DNA of 64,000 nt. Origin: Candidatus Bathyarchaeota archaeon (GTDB taxonomy: Archaea > Thermoproteota > Bathyarchaeia > Bathyarchaeales > Bathycorpusculaceae). Numbering within the stretch: the stretch's first letter is position 1; every line of letters starts with the position of its first letter. The stretch covers positions 96,001-160,000 of the forward strand of contig CAWGZR010000009.1 of the NCBI GenBank assembly GCA_963827165.1, read 5' to 3'. Below the pieces are notes generated by a model. That model saw only the letters and a list, made by a program, of their open reading frames with translations, was not told the DNA's origin and searched no databases. The position numbers were made by a program, and so were the translations under genes. Shown one piece after another: positions 9,770-21,080 of the stretch.

Positions 9770-12532
9770 ATGCTAAACCTTGAAGAAGATAGACCAGTCA
9801 TAGAAGTGGATAGCGTGTCGTCTTCAACCAAAAAAAACGTTATACGCATATTGCATGTAGATGATGATCTATGCATTCTGGAAGTTTCAAAACAGATATT
9901 GATAATGGAAAATAACTTTGATATCGAAAATGCTTCATCTGTCGTCGAAGCAATAAGAAAAATGAAAGAAAAAATCTATGATGCAATAATTTCTGATTAT
10001 GAAATGCCTAACAAAAATGGATTAGATTTCTTGAAAGAACTCCGGGAACAAAATAATCAAATCCCGTTTATTCTATTTACAGGGAAAGGCAGAGAAGATG
10101 TCGCTGCAAAAGCTTTGAACTTGGGTGCAGACTGTTACGTAAACAAAAACGGTTCAGTTGAAACAGTCTATTGCGAATTGGCAGATGCAATAAATAAGAC
10201 TGTGGAAAGAAAAAAGTCAGTAAAGCTTCTTGCCGCATCGGAATCAAAATACAGAACATTGGTTGAGAATTCACTTCAAGGATTGTTGATTCTACAAGCG
10301 TCGCCACTCAAGATAGTTTTTGGAAATGCAGCTATCGAGAATATCATGGGTTACTCCATTGCCGAGTTGATGTCCCTTTCGCCCAGAGAAATCACTGAAT
10401 TGGTTTACCATGAGGATAGAATCACCTATTTTGGTCGCTTGGAAGGACGTTTGCGAGGTGAACAACCGAAGTCGTGCTTTGAGTTTCGTGCAGTACGAAA
10501 AGATGGCTCAATAATTTGGTTAGAAGCCCTTTCAAATAGAATTGAGTATGACGGACAGCTTGCTATTCAGGGAATGTTCTTGGATATAACCGAAAGCAAA
10601 AAGGAAAGAGAAATTCTTCAAGAAAGCGAACAAAGATACCGGGAGTTGGCAAATTCTCTGCAGGAGATTGTTTTTGAAACCAACTTAACTGGGAAAATCA
10701 TTTTCTTTAGCCAAAAGTCACATGAAATATCAGGTTTTACCCAAGAAGATCTTGAAAAAGGCATAAACATGCTGTCGTTCGTCGTTCCTGAAGAACGCGA
10801 AAGGGCAAAAGAGAACATGAAGAAGTCGATGGCAGGAAAAACGGACAAAAAAGCCGAAGGTGCCAGAGAGTATACACTCTTAAGAAAAAACGGCTCTACT
10901 TACCCAGCTTTGGTCAAAACAAACCCCATTTTTTCCGCGAACAAAGTGATCGGTCTCAGAGGGCTAGTTATAGACATCACTGACCAGAAGAAAATTGAAC
11001 AGGCACTTATCCAAGAGAAAAACAAGTTTGAATCAGTTATAGCGGCCAGCGGCGCCGGGCTAGTAATTGTCGGCAAGGATTATCATGTGCTTTGGGCAAA
11101 CGACTTCGTAAAACGCTACAAGGGGGACACAATGGGAAAATTGTGTTATGCAACGCTTAACAATTTAGATAAGCCTTGCACAGATTGTGGTGTAGCAAAA
11201 GTTTTTGCAGGAAAAACTACTCTTGACTCCCATGAATACCATTCTACAGATGTAAATGGTAATTCATATTGGGTCGAAATAGTCGCCACACCCATCAAGG
11301 ATAGGAATGGAAACATTACGTCTGCAGTAGAGATTGCGGTAGATATAACCGAACGCAAACATGCCGAGGAAGCCCTGAAAGAAAGCGAGAATAGGGCAAG
11401 AGCTGTAGTCGCTAACTCTCCACTTGGTATTGCCACATCAGGGGCTGACAAACACTTTTTAACTGCGAATAAAGCCTTTTGCCGAATATTAGGTTACACT
11501 GAAGAGGAGTTACGAAACTTAACTTTCAAAGACATTACTTTTTCAGATGATCTCATGGCAAGCGTCAAAAAGATGACAGAGTTGGAAAAGGGCATGATAT
11601 CCTCCTTCACATTTGAGAAGCGCTATGTAAAAAAACAAGGAACAGTGATTGAAGGAAAAATCATGGTTAACGCCCTCCGGAACCATGAAGGTAAACCTAG
11701 TCTCTACGTGGCAGAACTCGAAGACATTACTCAACGCAAAAAGACTGAAAAGCGCCGAGAGGCTTTGGAAAGAAAAGTAAAAAACCATACTGAGCATTTG
11801 AAGCGAACGGTTGATTTGAGAACTGCCGAGTTGAAAACCGCTAATGAGCGACTTGTTAAGTCCGAGCGTTTGGCAGCTATAGGCGAACTAGCCGGTATGG
11901 TTGGGCATGACCTGCGTAATCCTCTTACAGGTATCAAGAATGCAGCGTACTATTTGAAAAAGAAAGGAACTTCAATTTCTGAAGAACAAACTAAAGAAAT
12001 GCTTGAAACAATCGATAAATGCGTTGACCGTTCTGACAAAATCATAAATGACCTTCTAGACTATTCGAGAGAAATGCATCTAGAACTCACAAAATACAAT
12101 GCCAGTGCTCTCATCGACGAGGCCGCTCGGATGGTTCAGGTTCCAGAACGAATCCAAATTGTGAACCATGTCAGCCAAGAGACATTTATTTGGGTTAACG
12201 CTGACAAAATGATTAGAGTTTTTACAAATATTATAAAGAACGCTTTTGATGCAATGCCCCAGAATGGAACGCTTGAGATCAGAAGCGCTCAATATAGAAA
12301 CTGCATTAAGATCGCTTTTGAGGATACGGGCGTCGGCATACCCGAAGAAACTTTGCGAAAGCTTTTCACGCCCTTGTTCACCACCAAGGCGCAGGGAATG
12401 GGTTTTGGCCTTGCTATATGTAAGCGTATCGTAGAAGCGCATGGAGGCATCATAAAAGTGAAAACTGAGGTAAATAATGGAACAACCGTCACAATTTCCT
12501 TGCCCATTAATCGTCAAATTGAAATTATTTGA
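9770..12532 (+). CDS. Hybrid sensor histidine kinase REC-(PAS)n-HisKA-HATPase
   Basis: ILHVDDD..IISDYEMP receiver; PAS repeats; GHDLRNPL H-box; N, DTGVG and GMGFGL boxes. Confidence 0.95.
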   Translation: MLNLEEDRPVIEVDSVSSSTKKNVIRILHVDDDLCILEVSKQILIMENNFDIENASSVVEAIRKMKEKIYDAIISDYEMPNKNGLDFLKELREQNNQIPFILFTGKGREDVAAKALNLGADCYVNKNGSVETVYCELADAINKTVERKKSVKLLAASESKYRTLVENSLQGLLILQASPLKIVFGNAAIENIMGYSIAELMSLSPREITELVYHEDRITYFGRLEGRLRGEQPKSCFEFRAVRKDGSIIWLEALSNRIEYDGQLAIQGMFLDITESKKEREILQESEQRYRELANSLQEIVFETNLTGKIIFFSQKSHEISGFTQEDLEKGINMLSFVVPEERERAKENMKKSMAGKTDKKAEGAREYTLLRKNGSTYPALVKTNPIFSANKVIGLRGLVIDITDQKKIEQALIQEKNKFESVIAASGAGLVIVGKDYHVLWANDFVKRYKGDTMGKLCYATLNNLDKPCTDCGVAKVFAGKTTLDSHEYHSTDVNGNSYWVEIVATPIKDRNGNITSAVEIAVDITERKHAEEALKESENRARAVVANSPLGIATSGADKHFLTANKAFCRILGYTEEELRNLTFKDITFSDDLMASVKKMTELEKGMISSFTFEKRYVKKQGTVIEGKIMVNALRNHEGKPSLYVAELEDITQRKKTEKRREALERKVKNHTEHLKRTVDLRTAELKTANERLVKSERLAAIGELAGMVGHDLRNPLTGIKNAAYYLKKKGTSISEEQTKEMLETIDKCVDRSDKIINDLLDYSREMHLELTKYNASALIDEAARMVQVPERIQIVNHVSQETFIWVNADKMIRVFTNIIKNAFDAMPQNGTLEIRSAQYRNCIKIAFEDTGVGIPEETLRKLFTPLFTTKAQGMGFGLAICKRIVEAHGGIIKVKTEVNNGTTVTISLPINRQIEII

Positions 12533-12559
12533 GAATCAGCGGATAATTGGAGAATAAAA

Positions 12560-14065
12560 ATGCAAACTGAAGACAAAGCTTCACTATTGCCTGAAAACTT
12601 GGTAAATTGTGATACCTTAAGAGAAAATTTGCTTGAGACGAACAACATTATAGATTGTCTTGGCGACCTACTATTTGTCATAGATAGAAACCGGTTAATA
12701 ACCAAAGTTAACCGAGTTACCTGCGAGTTCTTCAAAAAGAAACCTGAGGAACTGATAGGTAGGCACTGTTATGAAATCATGCACGGCTCAAAAGAGCCCT
12801 GGTGTAATTGTCCGGCAACAAAGACATTAGAAACAAAGCACATTGCAACCGAAGAAATAAAGGACCAACATTTGGGCATTCCTCTTTTGATCACCACTTC
12901 AGCAATTCTTAATCAACAAGGCGAAGTCGCTCATGTTATCCATATTGCTAAAGACATCAGTAAACAAAAGAAAGATGAAGAAGCGATCAAGATTCAAGCT
13001 AATTTGTTAGATTATGTCGGACAGGCAATTATAATGGTGGACAGTAGCAGAGTAGTTCGTTTTTGGAACAATGCAGCCGTAAATCTTTATGGTTGGTCAA
13101 AAGAACAAGCATTGGGGCATAAGGTCACAGAGCTATTGAGTCTTGTTTCGCAAAATGAGGTTGACGAAACAGCAAAGAGGTTAATGGCTGGTGAGAGCTG
13201 GTCAACTGAAACATTGGCCGAGAACAAAGACGGTTCTACCGTACCAGTAATTTTGAACTTAACGCCAGTTTACAATACAGACGGTGAGTTTCTTGGTGCT
13301 ACCAGCATAACTACTGACATAAGCTTGCAAAAAACCATTGAGGCCGACCTGACTTTATCATTAACTTCGTTGTCAGAAACCTTGGATAAAATTCAAGAAT
13401 TAAACGAAAAACTCCGAGTAGTCGGAAGCTTGACTAGGCATGATGTCCGTAACAAGCTCTCTACTGTCACCGGTTATGCGTACATACTTAAGAAAAAGCA
13501 TCATGAAGAGGAAGATATTGTTGATGGGTTAAAAAAGATGGAACAAGCGGTGGAAGAGATTGTCAGAATTCTTGATTTTGCCAAAATGTATGAGCAAATT
13601 GGTGTGGAAGAATTAACCTACATAAACGTGGAAGAGAAACTAAACGAAGCAGTTGCTTTCTTTTCAGGGATCAATTTAACGATAACAAATGAATGTCAGG
13701 GATTAACTTTACTCGCTGATTCTTTTCTGAGGCAACTCTTCTACAATTTCATTGATAACACAAAGAAATATGGTAAAAAAACCACAATCATAAAGACGTA
13801 TTTCGAAATGGCAGATCAAGATAGCCTCAAGTTAGTTTACGAGGATGATGGGGTAGGCATTTCTTTTGAGAATAAACGTCATCTTTTCTCTGAAGGCTTT
13901 ACTACTGGGGGGAGCACAGGTTTTGGGTTATTCTTGATCAAGAAGATGATTGATGTTTATGGCTGGCGAATTCAAGAGGAGGGCACTCCTGGAGAAGGAG
14001 CAAGATTTGTTATAACTATCCCAAAATTGAATGGTGCAAAAAGAGAAAATTATCAAATTGCATAA
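12560..14065 (+). CDS. PAS-PAS sensor histidine kinase
   Basis: Two PAS domains; TRHDVRNKL H-box; DDGVG and GSTGFGL boxes. Confidence 0.92.
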   Translation: MQTEDKASLLPENLVNCDTLRENLLETNNIIDCLGDLLFVIDRNRLITKVNRVTCEFFKKKPEELIGRHCYEIMHGSKEPWCNCPATKTLETKHIATEEIKDQHLGIPLLITTSAILNQQGEVAHVIHIAKDISKQKKDEEAIKIQANLLDYVGQAIIMVDSSRVVRFWNNAAVNLYGWSKEQALGHKVTELLSLVSQNEVDETAKRLMAGESWSTETLAENKDGSTVPVILNLTPVYNTDGEFLGATSITTDISLQKTIEADLTLSLTSLSETLDKIQELNEKLRVVGSLTRHDVRNKLSTVTGYAYILKKKHHEEEDIVDGLKKMEQAVEEIVRILDFAKMYEQIGVEELTYINVEEKLNEAVAFFSGINLTITNECQGLTLLADSFLRQLFYNFIDNTKKYGKKTTIIKTYFEMADQDSLKLVYEDDGVGISFENKRHLFSEGFTTGGSTGFGLFLIKKMIDVYGWRIQEEGTPGEGARFVITIPKLNGAKRENYQIA

Positions 14066-14435
14066 TGGAGTTCCTCAAAGAAAATCTCAACTGGAAATTC
14101 TATATCTTGAACCCAAAAAAACGGTTTAAATTAAACTCGCATTCGAGAAACCCAGAAGATTTGAAAAAACTCCTTTCTGGCGTTTCTATAACAGCTCTTG
14201 GTTCAATGCGGTCGCCTTTCGGAACGCTAAAACAATAGCCATTCTTTTTCTCAAGTGTTACCAGAATAAGGATCAGCTTCAACTTCTCAACCTCCATGTA
14301 CTTTGGAAGCCAACCGCGTTAGGTGTGTCGATAACCGACCAATAGAAACATCATTTTTTCTTAGCGAACTTCTGAAAGGGCGTTGCAGAAAAAAATCGAA
14401 GAGTAGTATTTAAATAGCGACATTCAATTGGCGAC

Positions 14436-14801
14436 TCAGTACCATTTTCTGATTTCCGACACGGCATTTTCAGAGTTCTTTTGACTTAGCATACAGTCTA
14501 AAACTTTTTCGCATTCCACACATTGCTGCGGAATTATTTCAGTTTTTTCTTTTTGATTTAAGAAACCAAACCAATATTGGCAACCGGTTTTTGCGCTTTC
14601 GTCTATTCTTTGAAGGCAATGAGGACAGACTGGAACTAACTTTGGCGCGTCAAAACCCTTCTTGCACTTAGAGCAGCGGTTTTTGTTTTCACCATCATAC
14701 ACTTGATTTTTTTGATTCATTTCTTCAAGTGCACGCTTTCGGTCTTCTTCGCGCTTTTGGTCCAATATCCACAAATTTATGTGTTCGTTTTTGGATACCA
14801 T
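14436..14801 (-). CDS. Cys-rich putative zinc-finger protein
   Basis: CSKC, CPHC, C...CVEC...C motifs. Confidence 0.65.
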   Translation of the reverse strand: MVSKNEHINLWILDQKREEDRKRALEEMNQKNQVYDGENKNRCSKCKKGFDAPKLVPVCPHCLQRIDESAKTGCQYWFGFLNQKEKTEIIPQQCVECEKVLDCMLSQKNSENAVSEIRKWY

Positions 14802-15244
14802 TTTTTCAATATCAACTCGTCTCTATTCTATCTATCATGAAGTTTTTCCACAATCTCCAGGAAAATTGTCTGGAGTCACTCTCCTTTTCATTTTTTGAGG
14901 TTACAAGAGGTGAAAAATGCATGGTACGATTTATTCGGATAAGTCTATTCTTGGCTCAACAGAAGATCTTTTGGGTCTGAACCGTTCAAAACACCTTCAT
15001 CGTCAACTTGTAAAACTTGAAGTTGATTTTTCTTGTAATAATCGACTCAAACAAGCAATATTATTAATGTTCCATTCGGGTTTATATTGTATTAAACTGT
15101 CCTCCTCTCAAGTAGTCGATGAATTGACAATAAATCTATTATGAATCATGTTACTTAATTGCTAAATACTCCAACTCGGAACAAACAAAATCGCTTTTTT
15201 AGGCGAGAACATTTTTACCGAAACCACAACTGTTGAGAAAACTG

Positions 15245-15685
15245 TTAGCTGAATCTCCTTGATTTGCTTTCGGAACAGTGGGGATTAAAGCAATTAAGAC
15301 ATCCTTTAGGGAAGGTTTGGCAGAGTTGTTTTTTCTTAAAACCCCATTTATTTCTTAGTTCTTCGGCTTCTCCTTCTTGATCAACTGACCGATTTTTCGG
15401 TTCAGTGTAGTTAATGTATGCATGGGCTATTTCGTGGGCTATCAGGGATTCCGAGTCTGTTCTCTTTAGTATTATCATATATGGCTTGTTTATTTCTTGC
15501 ACTTGGATGGTTTGACTTTGACCCGCATGAAAAGAAATGTTTTGCAATGTGAATTGATAAACTTCTTCAGGGATCCTCGCCAAAGTATTTAGTAATCTTT
15601 TGTGTAGGGAACTCCATCTTTGAGCAAGGTGAATAAATTCGTCAATATCACTCTTTAGATCAATCTCGGTTTTGTCTCTTCTCAT
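15245..15685 (-). CDS. Small HExxH metallopeptidase-like protein with Cys-rich tail
   Basis: IAHEIAHAY..EGEAEEL..WGF; C-terminal CQTFPKGCLNCFNPHC. Confidence 0.7.
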   Translation of the reverse strand: MRRDKTEIDLKSDIDEFIHLAQRWSSLHKRLLNTLARIPEEVYQFTLQNISFHAGQSQTIQVQEINKPYMIILKRTDSESLIAHEIAHAYINYTEPKNRSVDQEGEAEELRNKWGFKKKQLCQTFPKGCLNCFNPHCSESKSRRFS

Positions 15686-16215
15686 CTTTCATTCTCCTGT
15701 TCTTGATCTCGCTCGGCTGCAGCCTTCTTCGATGCTCAGGCAGAACTCACATGTTTAATTAATTCATTAAGGCGCTCAATTCACAATTTCTTGATCCCTC
15801 ATGAATTTTTGCAAGTTCATTCTTGTAAAGCCAATTTCTAGACAGTTTCCGACAAAGACTGGATCTTTAAAACGAAGTAGGATGGTTCTAAATGATAGCC
15901 TACATTGATGACTTTTATACAATCCAGAGCCGCAATAAGAAAGAACTGAAGCATACATTTCCAGAATTCAACGAACTTGGGCAGTTTGCTAAAAGGGTAA
16001 AAACTTTGAAAACGCATGATTGAGCCATTTTCAGGTATAATTGAGACTGCGAGAGAAAATACTTTGGCACCTCAATAGTAAGGTTATGTGACAAGCGGAA
16101 CAAGGCTGTCTAAATAGCCCATGTTGGGACTGGCTTCACCGACAAACGCCCAAAAGACCGATAAAGGGCAGAAGTTTTTCTGCCTAAGCGTAAATTTCAC
16201 TCACCTGTAAAAGTA

Positions 16216-16629
16216 TTATGAAACTACGCTTGTCACGAATTGAACTGCGAAAAGATGCCCCATGAAAAAAATAGGTACCAATATCATAGTTGTTTCTGTA
16301 GGTCCTCTCTCTTTGTTGATGAATGTCAGGTGTATCGTCGAAGCAATCATCTTATTCACTAGGTTCCAATATGCTGTTGATAGTGTTTCTCGACTATTCT
16401 CGGCAACAAAAATATCGAGGAAACCTTCTATTGCGGCCCATTCTTTCGGCGACTTATAGCCCAACATTGTTGCAAACTTGAGGTTGCAGGCTTTGTGGTT
16501 ATCGTCAAGATATATGTAGATGGGTTGTTCTGATTTTTCCAAGATTGGTTTCATTTGCTCAAATAGGGCTTCTACAAGCTCCTTGTGATGAGCCTCGGCT
16601 GTTTGCAGTTTCTCGGCCATAAAATTCAC
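16216..16629 (-). CDS. Single PAS-like domain protein
   Basis: YIYLDD..ACNLKFATMLGYKSPKEW PAS-like signature. Confidence 0.65.
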   Translation of the reverse strand: MNFMAEKLQTAEAHHKELVEALFEQMKPILEKSEQPIYIYLDDNHKACNLKFATMLGYKSPKEWAAIEGFLDIFVAENSRETLSTAYWNLVNKMIASTIHLTFINKERGPTETTMILVPIFFMGHLFAVQFVTSVVS

Positions 16630-16667
16630 CTAAAAGTAAACAATGCAATTAAAAGAACATAAGTAAT

Positions 16668-16691
16668 TGTGATTGTAGAATTACAGTAACA
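16668..16691 (-). promoter_or_regulatory. TGT-N3-TGT-N6-ACA-N3-ACA element upstream of the PAS-like gene
   Basis: TGTGATTGT-AGAATT-ACAGTAACA (12/12); on minus strand followed after 4 nt by CTTATG. Confidence 0.8.
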
Positions 16692-16890
16692 AGCCAAATC
16701 AATATTCGAGCATCTAATATTCTCACTACCTCTTTCAAAAAACTTAAGATGGGAATTCGTTTGCTAAAGAAGTATTTCTTGGTCAGAGAATAGGTGACTT
16801 TTGAGTTCTTCTATTTTACTCAACGGAAATTCCGAGATAAGAAATAAATAGCCATTTTACTCTTGGTTAACTAAAAGAGGGATTATTGTT

Positions 16891-17040
16891 TTGACTCGTC
16901 CAGTTTGTGCTAAATGTCAGGCTAATGTTTCCGAATTTGGGAGTTACAAATTAAGCGTTGCCGCAGATGGCTCAGCAAAAGATGTCTTAGTTATTTTTTG
17001 CACCAACTGTGGGGCAGTCCAAGGCGTAGTAAATTTCTGA
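16891..17040 (+). CDS. 49-aa zinc-ribbon microprotein (not in ORF track)
   Basis: TTG start after GAGGG; MTRPVCAKCQ...IFCTNCGAVQGVVNF with two CxxC. Confidence 0.75.
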   Translation: MTRPVCAKCQANVSEFGSYKLSVAADGSAKDVLVIFCTNCGAVQGVVNF

Positions 17041-17153
17041 GGAAAATCGCTGCAAATAACTAACCAGTTACTCGGGAGTTTTATCATCAGTCATATTCAA
17101 TCGGCGCATTAATTAGATTACCACTTCTTTTCGAACAGGTTTAAGACCATCGA

Positions 17154-17348
17154 ATGCTGACGAAAACAACTTTAGAGATTCGTAAAACGGTTGGAAAGAC
17201 TGATGTCTTAGGTTTAGAACGCGCAGAAGATCCAGAGCTAACTTAGCGCATAGGTTTTCTTCGGTTCTCAAATTCTAGGAAAATTGATCCCGATGTTGAA
17301 GGCGAAATAAATGAAATCGTTCTGTCAGTATTGAAAAAGCACGCGTAA
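17154..17348 (+). pseudogene. Small ORF interrupted by one in-frame TAG
   Basis: ATG..ELT-TAG(17244-46)-RIGFLRF...KKHA-TAA; AT-rich TTTAAG just upstream. Confidence 0.35.
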
Positions 17349-17495
17349 CAACAATCAATTGAAAATGAAGAGAGCTAATGACTTAAATAAACAAAAAGGA
17401 AAGACCTTAGTCATCGTCAACAAGGCCGCAGCAATTCAAACAAAACGTTCATTTCTATCACCGCGCATCTTGAACGTGAAGTTGGTTTATAGCTC

Positions 17496-18272
17496 ATGAG
17501 TGTTGAAATCAGAATGCTAAGGGAGTTTACTCCCAATCAATTAATACTAATATGCGGATTGCCTGGAACAGCTTACATTGGAAAACTTTCAGTTGATTAC
17601 CTAATTCAGCAACTCAAAGCTGAACAGATTGGGGAGATCTATTCAAAGTATTTTCCACCTTTCGTTGTTATCAGAGAAGACGGACTTGTTGATCTTCTTC
17701 GAAATGAACTTCACTCATTCAAAGATGAATCAGGACGAACAATCGTTTTTCTCTCCGGCAATTCACAAGCCTATTCTCCGGAGGGTCAATATGAGGTAGC
17801 CGACGCGGTTTTGGATTGGGCAATCAAGAACGGTGTTCAGAGAGTATACTCCATTGCAGCCTACATAACCGAAAGACCTTTCGAAGAGCCAAACGTCTAC
17901 TGCACTGCGACAACGTTGGCCTTGCTTGAAGAAGCCAAAGCACAAAGTGCACAATTTCTCAACGATGGAGTCATCGGAGGCGAAAACGGAATAATAACAG
18001 GTCTTGCCAAAAAGAAAAACGTGGAAGCCGCGTGTTTGCTTGCGGAAACCCACGGGTACCAAACTCCCACTGGAGAATACGTAATAGATCCACGGGCAGC
18101 GAAGGCGGCATTGAAAGTCCTGACTTCAATGTTAAATTTGAAAGTAGATATGGAGCCAATGGACAAACAAGTTGCGCAAATGGATGAAACAATCGCTAAA
18201 TTGATTGAAATTGAGCGTCGAATTCGAGAACAAATGGCTGGTTCAGGTAAGAAGCCCGCTTACGTTACTTAA
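17496..18272 (+). CDS. PAC2-family (proteasome assembly chaperone-like) protein
   Basis: ICGLPGTAYIGKLSVDYL, SQAYSPEGQYE, DPRAAKAAL motifs. Confidence 0.88.
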   Translation: MSVEIRMLREFTPNQLILICGLPGTAYIGKLSVDYLIQQLKAEQIGEIYSKYFPPFVVIREDGLVDLLRNELHSFKDESGRTIVFLSGNSQAYSPEGQYEVADAVLDWAIKNGVQRVYSIAAYITERPFEEPNVYCTATTLALLEEAKAQSAQFLNDGVIGGENGIITGLAKKKNVEAACLLAETHGYQTPTGEYVIDPRAAKAALKVLTSMLNLKVDMEPMDKQVAQMDETIAKLIEIERRIREQMAGSGKKPAYVT

Positions 18273-18287
18273 ATTGAGGATGCTCTG

Positions 18288-18968
18288 ATGGAAAAAGAAA
18301 CATGGATAGAACGCCGCGGCGACGCCAAAATTATCGAGCCAATAGCTGTGGTTGGGTCGCCCGGTTTGAGGTCCATAGGCAAACTTGTCATGGACAGTCT
18401 CATTGTCAAAACTAAAGCAATGAAATTTGCAGACCTGTATTCTACGCATATGCCTTCCATTTACGAAACCAAACCTTCCTACGCTGCCGATCCAGCCTTT
18501 CCGGGCTTTGGGGGTGTCATCGTTGAGTCTGGCAAAGCAGACTTTCCTAAAGTCGAGTTTTACACTTGTTCCTCGCCCTCTTTAATCATTACAAAAGGCT
18601 ATCACGCAAATTTTGAAGGCCAATATGAAGTTGCCATAAAAGTCTTAGATTTACTGGCTGAATGCGATGTGAAAAGAATAATAGTCGTCGCAGGTTACGG
18701 TTCAAAGGACAAGAAAGTATGCTGCGCTGCTACTAGCAAAGAATTAGTCGACGAGATGAAAGAAAAATATGGTATTGAGATAGGATACAAGGGACCTTTC
18801 ATGGGTTTCTCAGGGTTGGTATTTGGCTTGTCAAAGCGGAAGGGCATGGAGGCGGTATGCCTTTTTGCCGGCACCGAACCACGTGAAGAAGATCTCGAGT
18901 TTCCAGATAAGGAAGCATCAGAAAGAGCATTGGATAAGATGAATAAGATGCTTGGCTTTAACGAATAG
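18288..18968 (+). CDS. PAC2-family paralogue
   Basis: VVGSPGLRSIGKL, EGQYEVA, GFSGLVFG, PDKEASERAL. Confidence 0.82.
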   Translation: MEKETWIERRGDAKIIEPIAVVGSPGLRSIGKLVMDSLIVKTKAMKFADLYSTHMPSIYETKPSYAADPAFPGFGGVIVESGKADFPKVEFYTCSSPSLIITKGYHANFEGQYEVAIKVLDLLAECDVKRIIVVAGYGSKDKKVCCAATSKELVDEMKEKYGIEIGYKGPFMGFSGLVFGLSKRKGMEAVCLFAGTEPREEDLEFPDKEASERALDKMNKMLGFNE

Positions 18969-19576
18969 CTCTTCACATTACAAACATTATCGTCCGAAGT
19001 CGTTACTGAGCTAATCTTGGCAAGAAAACAAGCCAATAAAACATTTGTTTTCTTCAGACATCGGAGCTTGGCGAGAAATGTCGTGATTGACTTGGGCGAC
19101 GAAATTTTTGATATAAGAAAACTCGAACAGGTCTCTTTTGAAAATAAAGAAAAGCTGCTACGGCTCGCACATAACCTACTTTTGAAATCTAAAACGCAGT
19201 AGTTTCAACTGCCAAAACGGAAAGAAGGCCTTTATGGAATTAATTGAGCAAACCACGGCGTATACCTTAGTATCACTGATAGGTTGTCGTTCTGTTTGTG
19301 AAGGCAAAAGGTTCGCCAGCATGTTTAGATGAGCCGACCATTGAGTTACACAGTATTGAGCCATCTGAACGCGAAGCATCTTCCATTATCGCCGAATAGG
19401 GGGAAAATGCTCTCATAAATAACGATGGGTTAAGCATTTTTCTAGGCAACACTTTAATGATGTTACTGCGATCACAAAGCCACAATAAAATATAGAAAGA
19501 CCCATAAAATCCGACTATTTTCAAACGGAATTCAAAAATATAAGCCATAATAAAGTTCTAACAAGAGACCCATCAA

Positions 19577-20962
19577 ATGCTTGCTAGCCAAAATCTACGG
19601 ACGGAAAATGAAGCTCGAGAACGAGAGTTTTACCTCAAGGAAGATATTAATCAATCAAAATTAGCTATGATCCTGTTTGCAATCCCCCTTGCCGGTTTCA
19701 TTTTTAACGATTACCTATTTTTTGGTATATCCAACATGTTTTATGGACTCATCTTCATTAGGCTTGCACTCTTGTCTGCAACAGGCGTAGAATTGATATA
19801 TATTGGAAGGGTGAAAAGCTACCGCAGCTACGACAAGATAATATTTGTCACGGTGCTGGCAATGATTATGGGTGGGGGAATCATTAATGCCACCCGCCCC
19901 TCAAACATTGCTATAACATGCATCATAACAATCGTGTCAGTGTTTGTTTTGTACTTGGTTGTACCTTTAAAATTTAAGTACCAAGTTTTTCTTGCCACAT
20001 TTACGAGTGTTGGCGAAGCCTTAATTATCGTGTTACTCGCCAGCAATGTCGCCACTTCGGCTATTTTTACTCTACTATTTAGCATGTTTGTTGCAAACGC
20101 AATTGCTGCGTTCAGTGCATGGCGGATGCATTCATATCGAGGAAGGACTTTCCAAGAGTACTTAGAGCATAAAGCACTACAAAATGAATTGGAGCGCCAT
20201 GCAAATCACTTGTCAGAATTGGTTTCAGAGCGAACCAAAGATTTAGTCGACGCTCAATCGCGTCTTATGCAGTCACAGCGCTTATCGGCGATTGGTGAGA
20301 TGGCTGGTATGGTTGGTCATGACCTTCGGAATCCTTTGGCCGCGATTAAGAATGCCGCCTATTTTTTAAGAAAAAAACATGGAACAGTTATCGGTGATAC
20401 CAGCATTGAAATGTTAAATGCAATTGATAGAGCTGTTGAGCATGCCAACGACATCGTTGCTGACTTGCTTGATTTCAGCCGTGAAATACATCTGGATCTT
20501 GAAGAATGTTCACCTAAATCACTAGTAAACTACGTATTACTCGCCATAAATATCCCAAGTAACATCAAGATAACACAAAGCATTCAAAGCGATCTTATGG
20601 TTTGGGTAGATGTATCCAAAATTGAAAGAGTATTTACTAACATAATTAAGAATGCTATTGAAGCTATGCCAAACGGTGGCACAATTGAAATTAGCAGCCG
20701 CCAAAATGAAGGAAATGTTGAATTTATTTTTGCGGATACGGGCAGCGGCATGCCTGAAGATGTAATTGGGAAAATTTTTACGCCTCTCTTTACCACCAAA
20801 GCACAAGGAATGGGTTTCGGACTGGCAATATGTAAACGAATGGTGGAAGCTCATGGAGGCAAAATTGGCGTTGAGAGTTCACTCGGCAAAGGCACAAAAT
20901 TTACAATTTCATTACCTACCGAGCAAACGCATCAGAAGATAGGACAGGAACAACAAAGGTAA
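19577..20962 (+). CDS. Membrane sensor histidine kinase (about 6 TM)
   Basis: Hydrophobic N-half; GHDLRNPL; DTGSG and GMGFGL boxes. Confidence 0.93.
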   Translation: MLASQNLRTENEAREREFYLKEDINQSKLAMILFAIPLAGFIFNDYLFFGISNMFYGLIFIRLALLSATGVELIYIGRVKSYRSYDKIIFVTVLAMIMGGGIINATRPSNIAITCIITIVSVFVLYLVVPLKFKYQVFLATFTSVGEALIIVLLASNVATSAIFTLLFSMFVANAIAAFSAWRMHSYRGRTFQEYLEHKALQNELERHANHLSELVSERTKDLVDAQSRLMQSQRLSAIGEMAGMVGHDLRNPLAAIKNAAYFLRKKHGTVIGDTSIEMLNAIDRAVEHANDIVADLLDFSREIHLDLEECSPKSLVNYVLLAINIPSNIKITQSIQSDLMVWVDVSKIERVFTNIIKNAIEAMPNGGTIEISSRQNEGNVEFIFADTGSGMPEDVIGKIFTPLFTTKAQGMGFGLAICKRMVEAHGGKIGVESSLGKGTKFTISLPTEQTHQKIGQEQQR

Positions 20963-21080
20963 AAATTTCCAAAAGGCAATCGTTTGAGCTTCTAATTAGC
21001 CAATTATCCACTTTTTAAAAGGTAATGTATCAGAGTTAATCAAACGACATTACGCTGACAATATAAGTTATTCAACAAAA

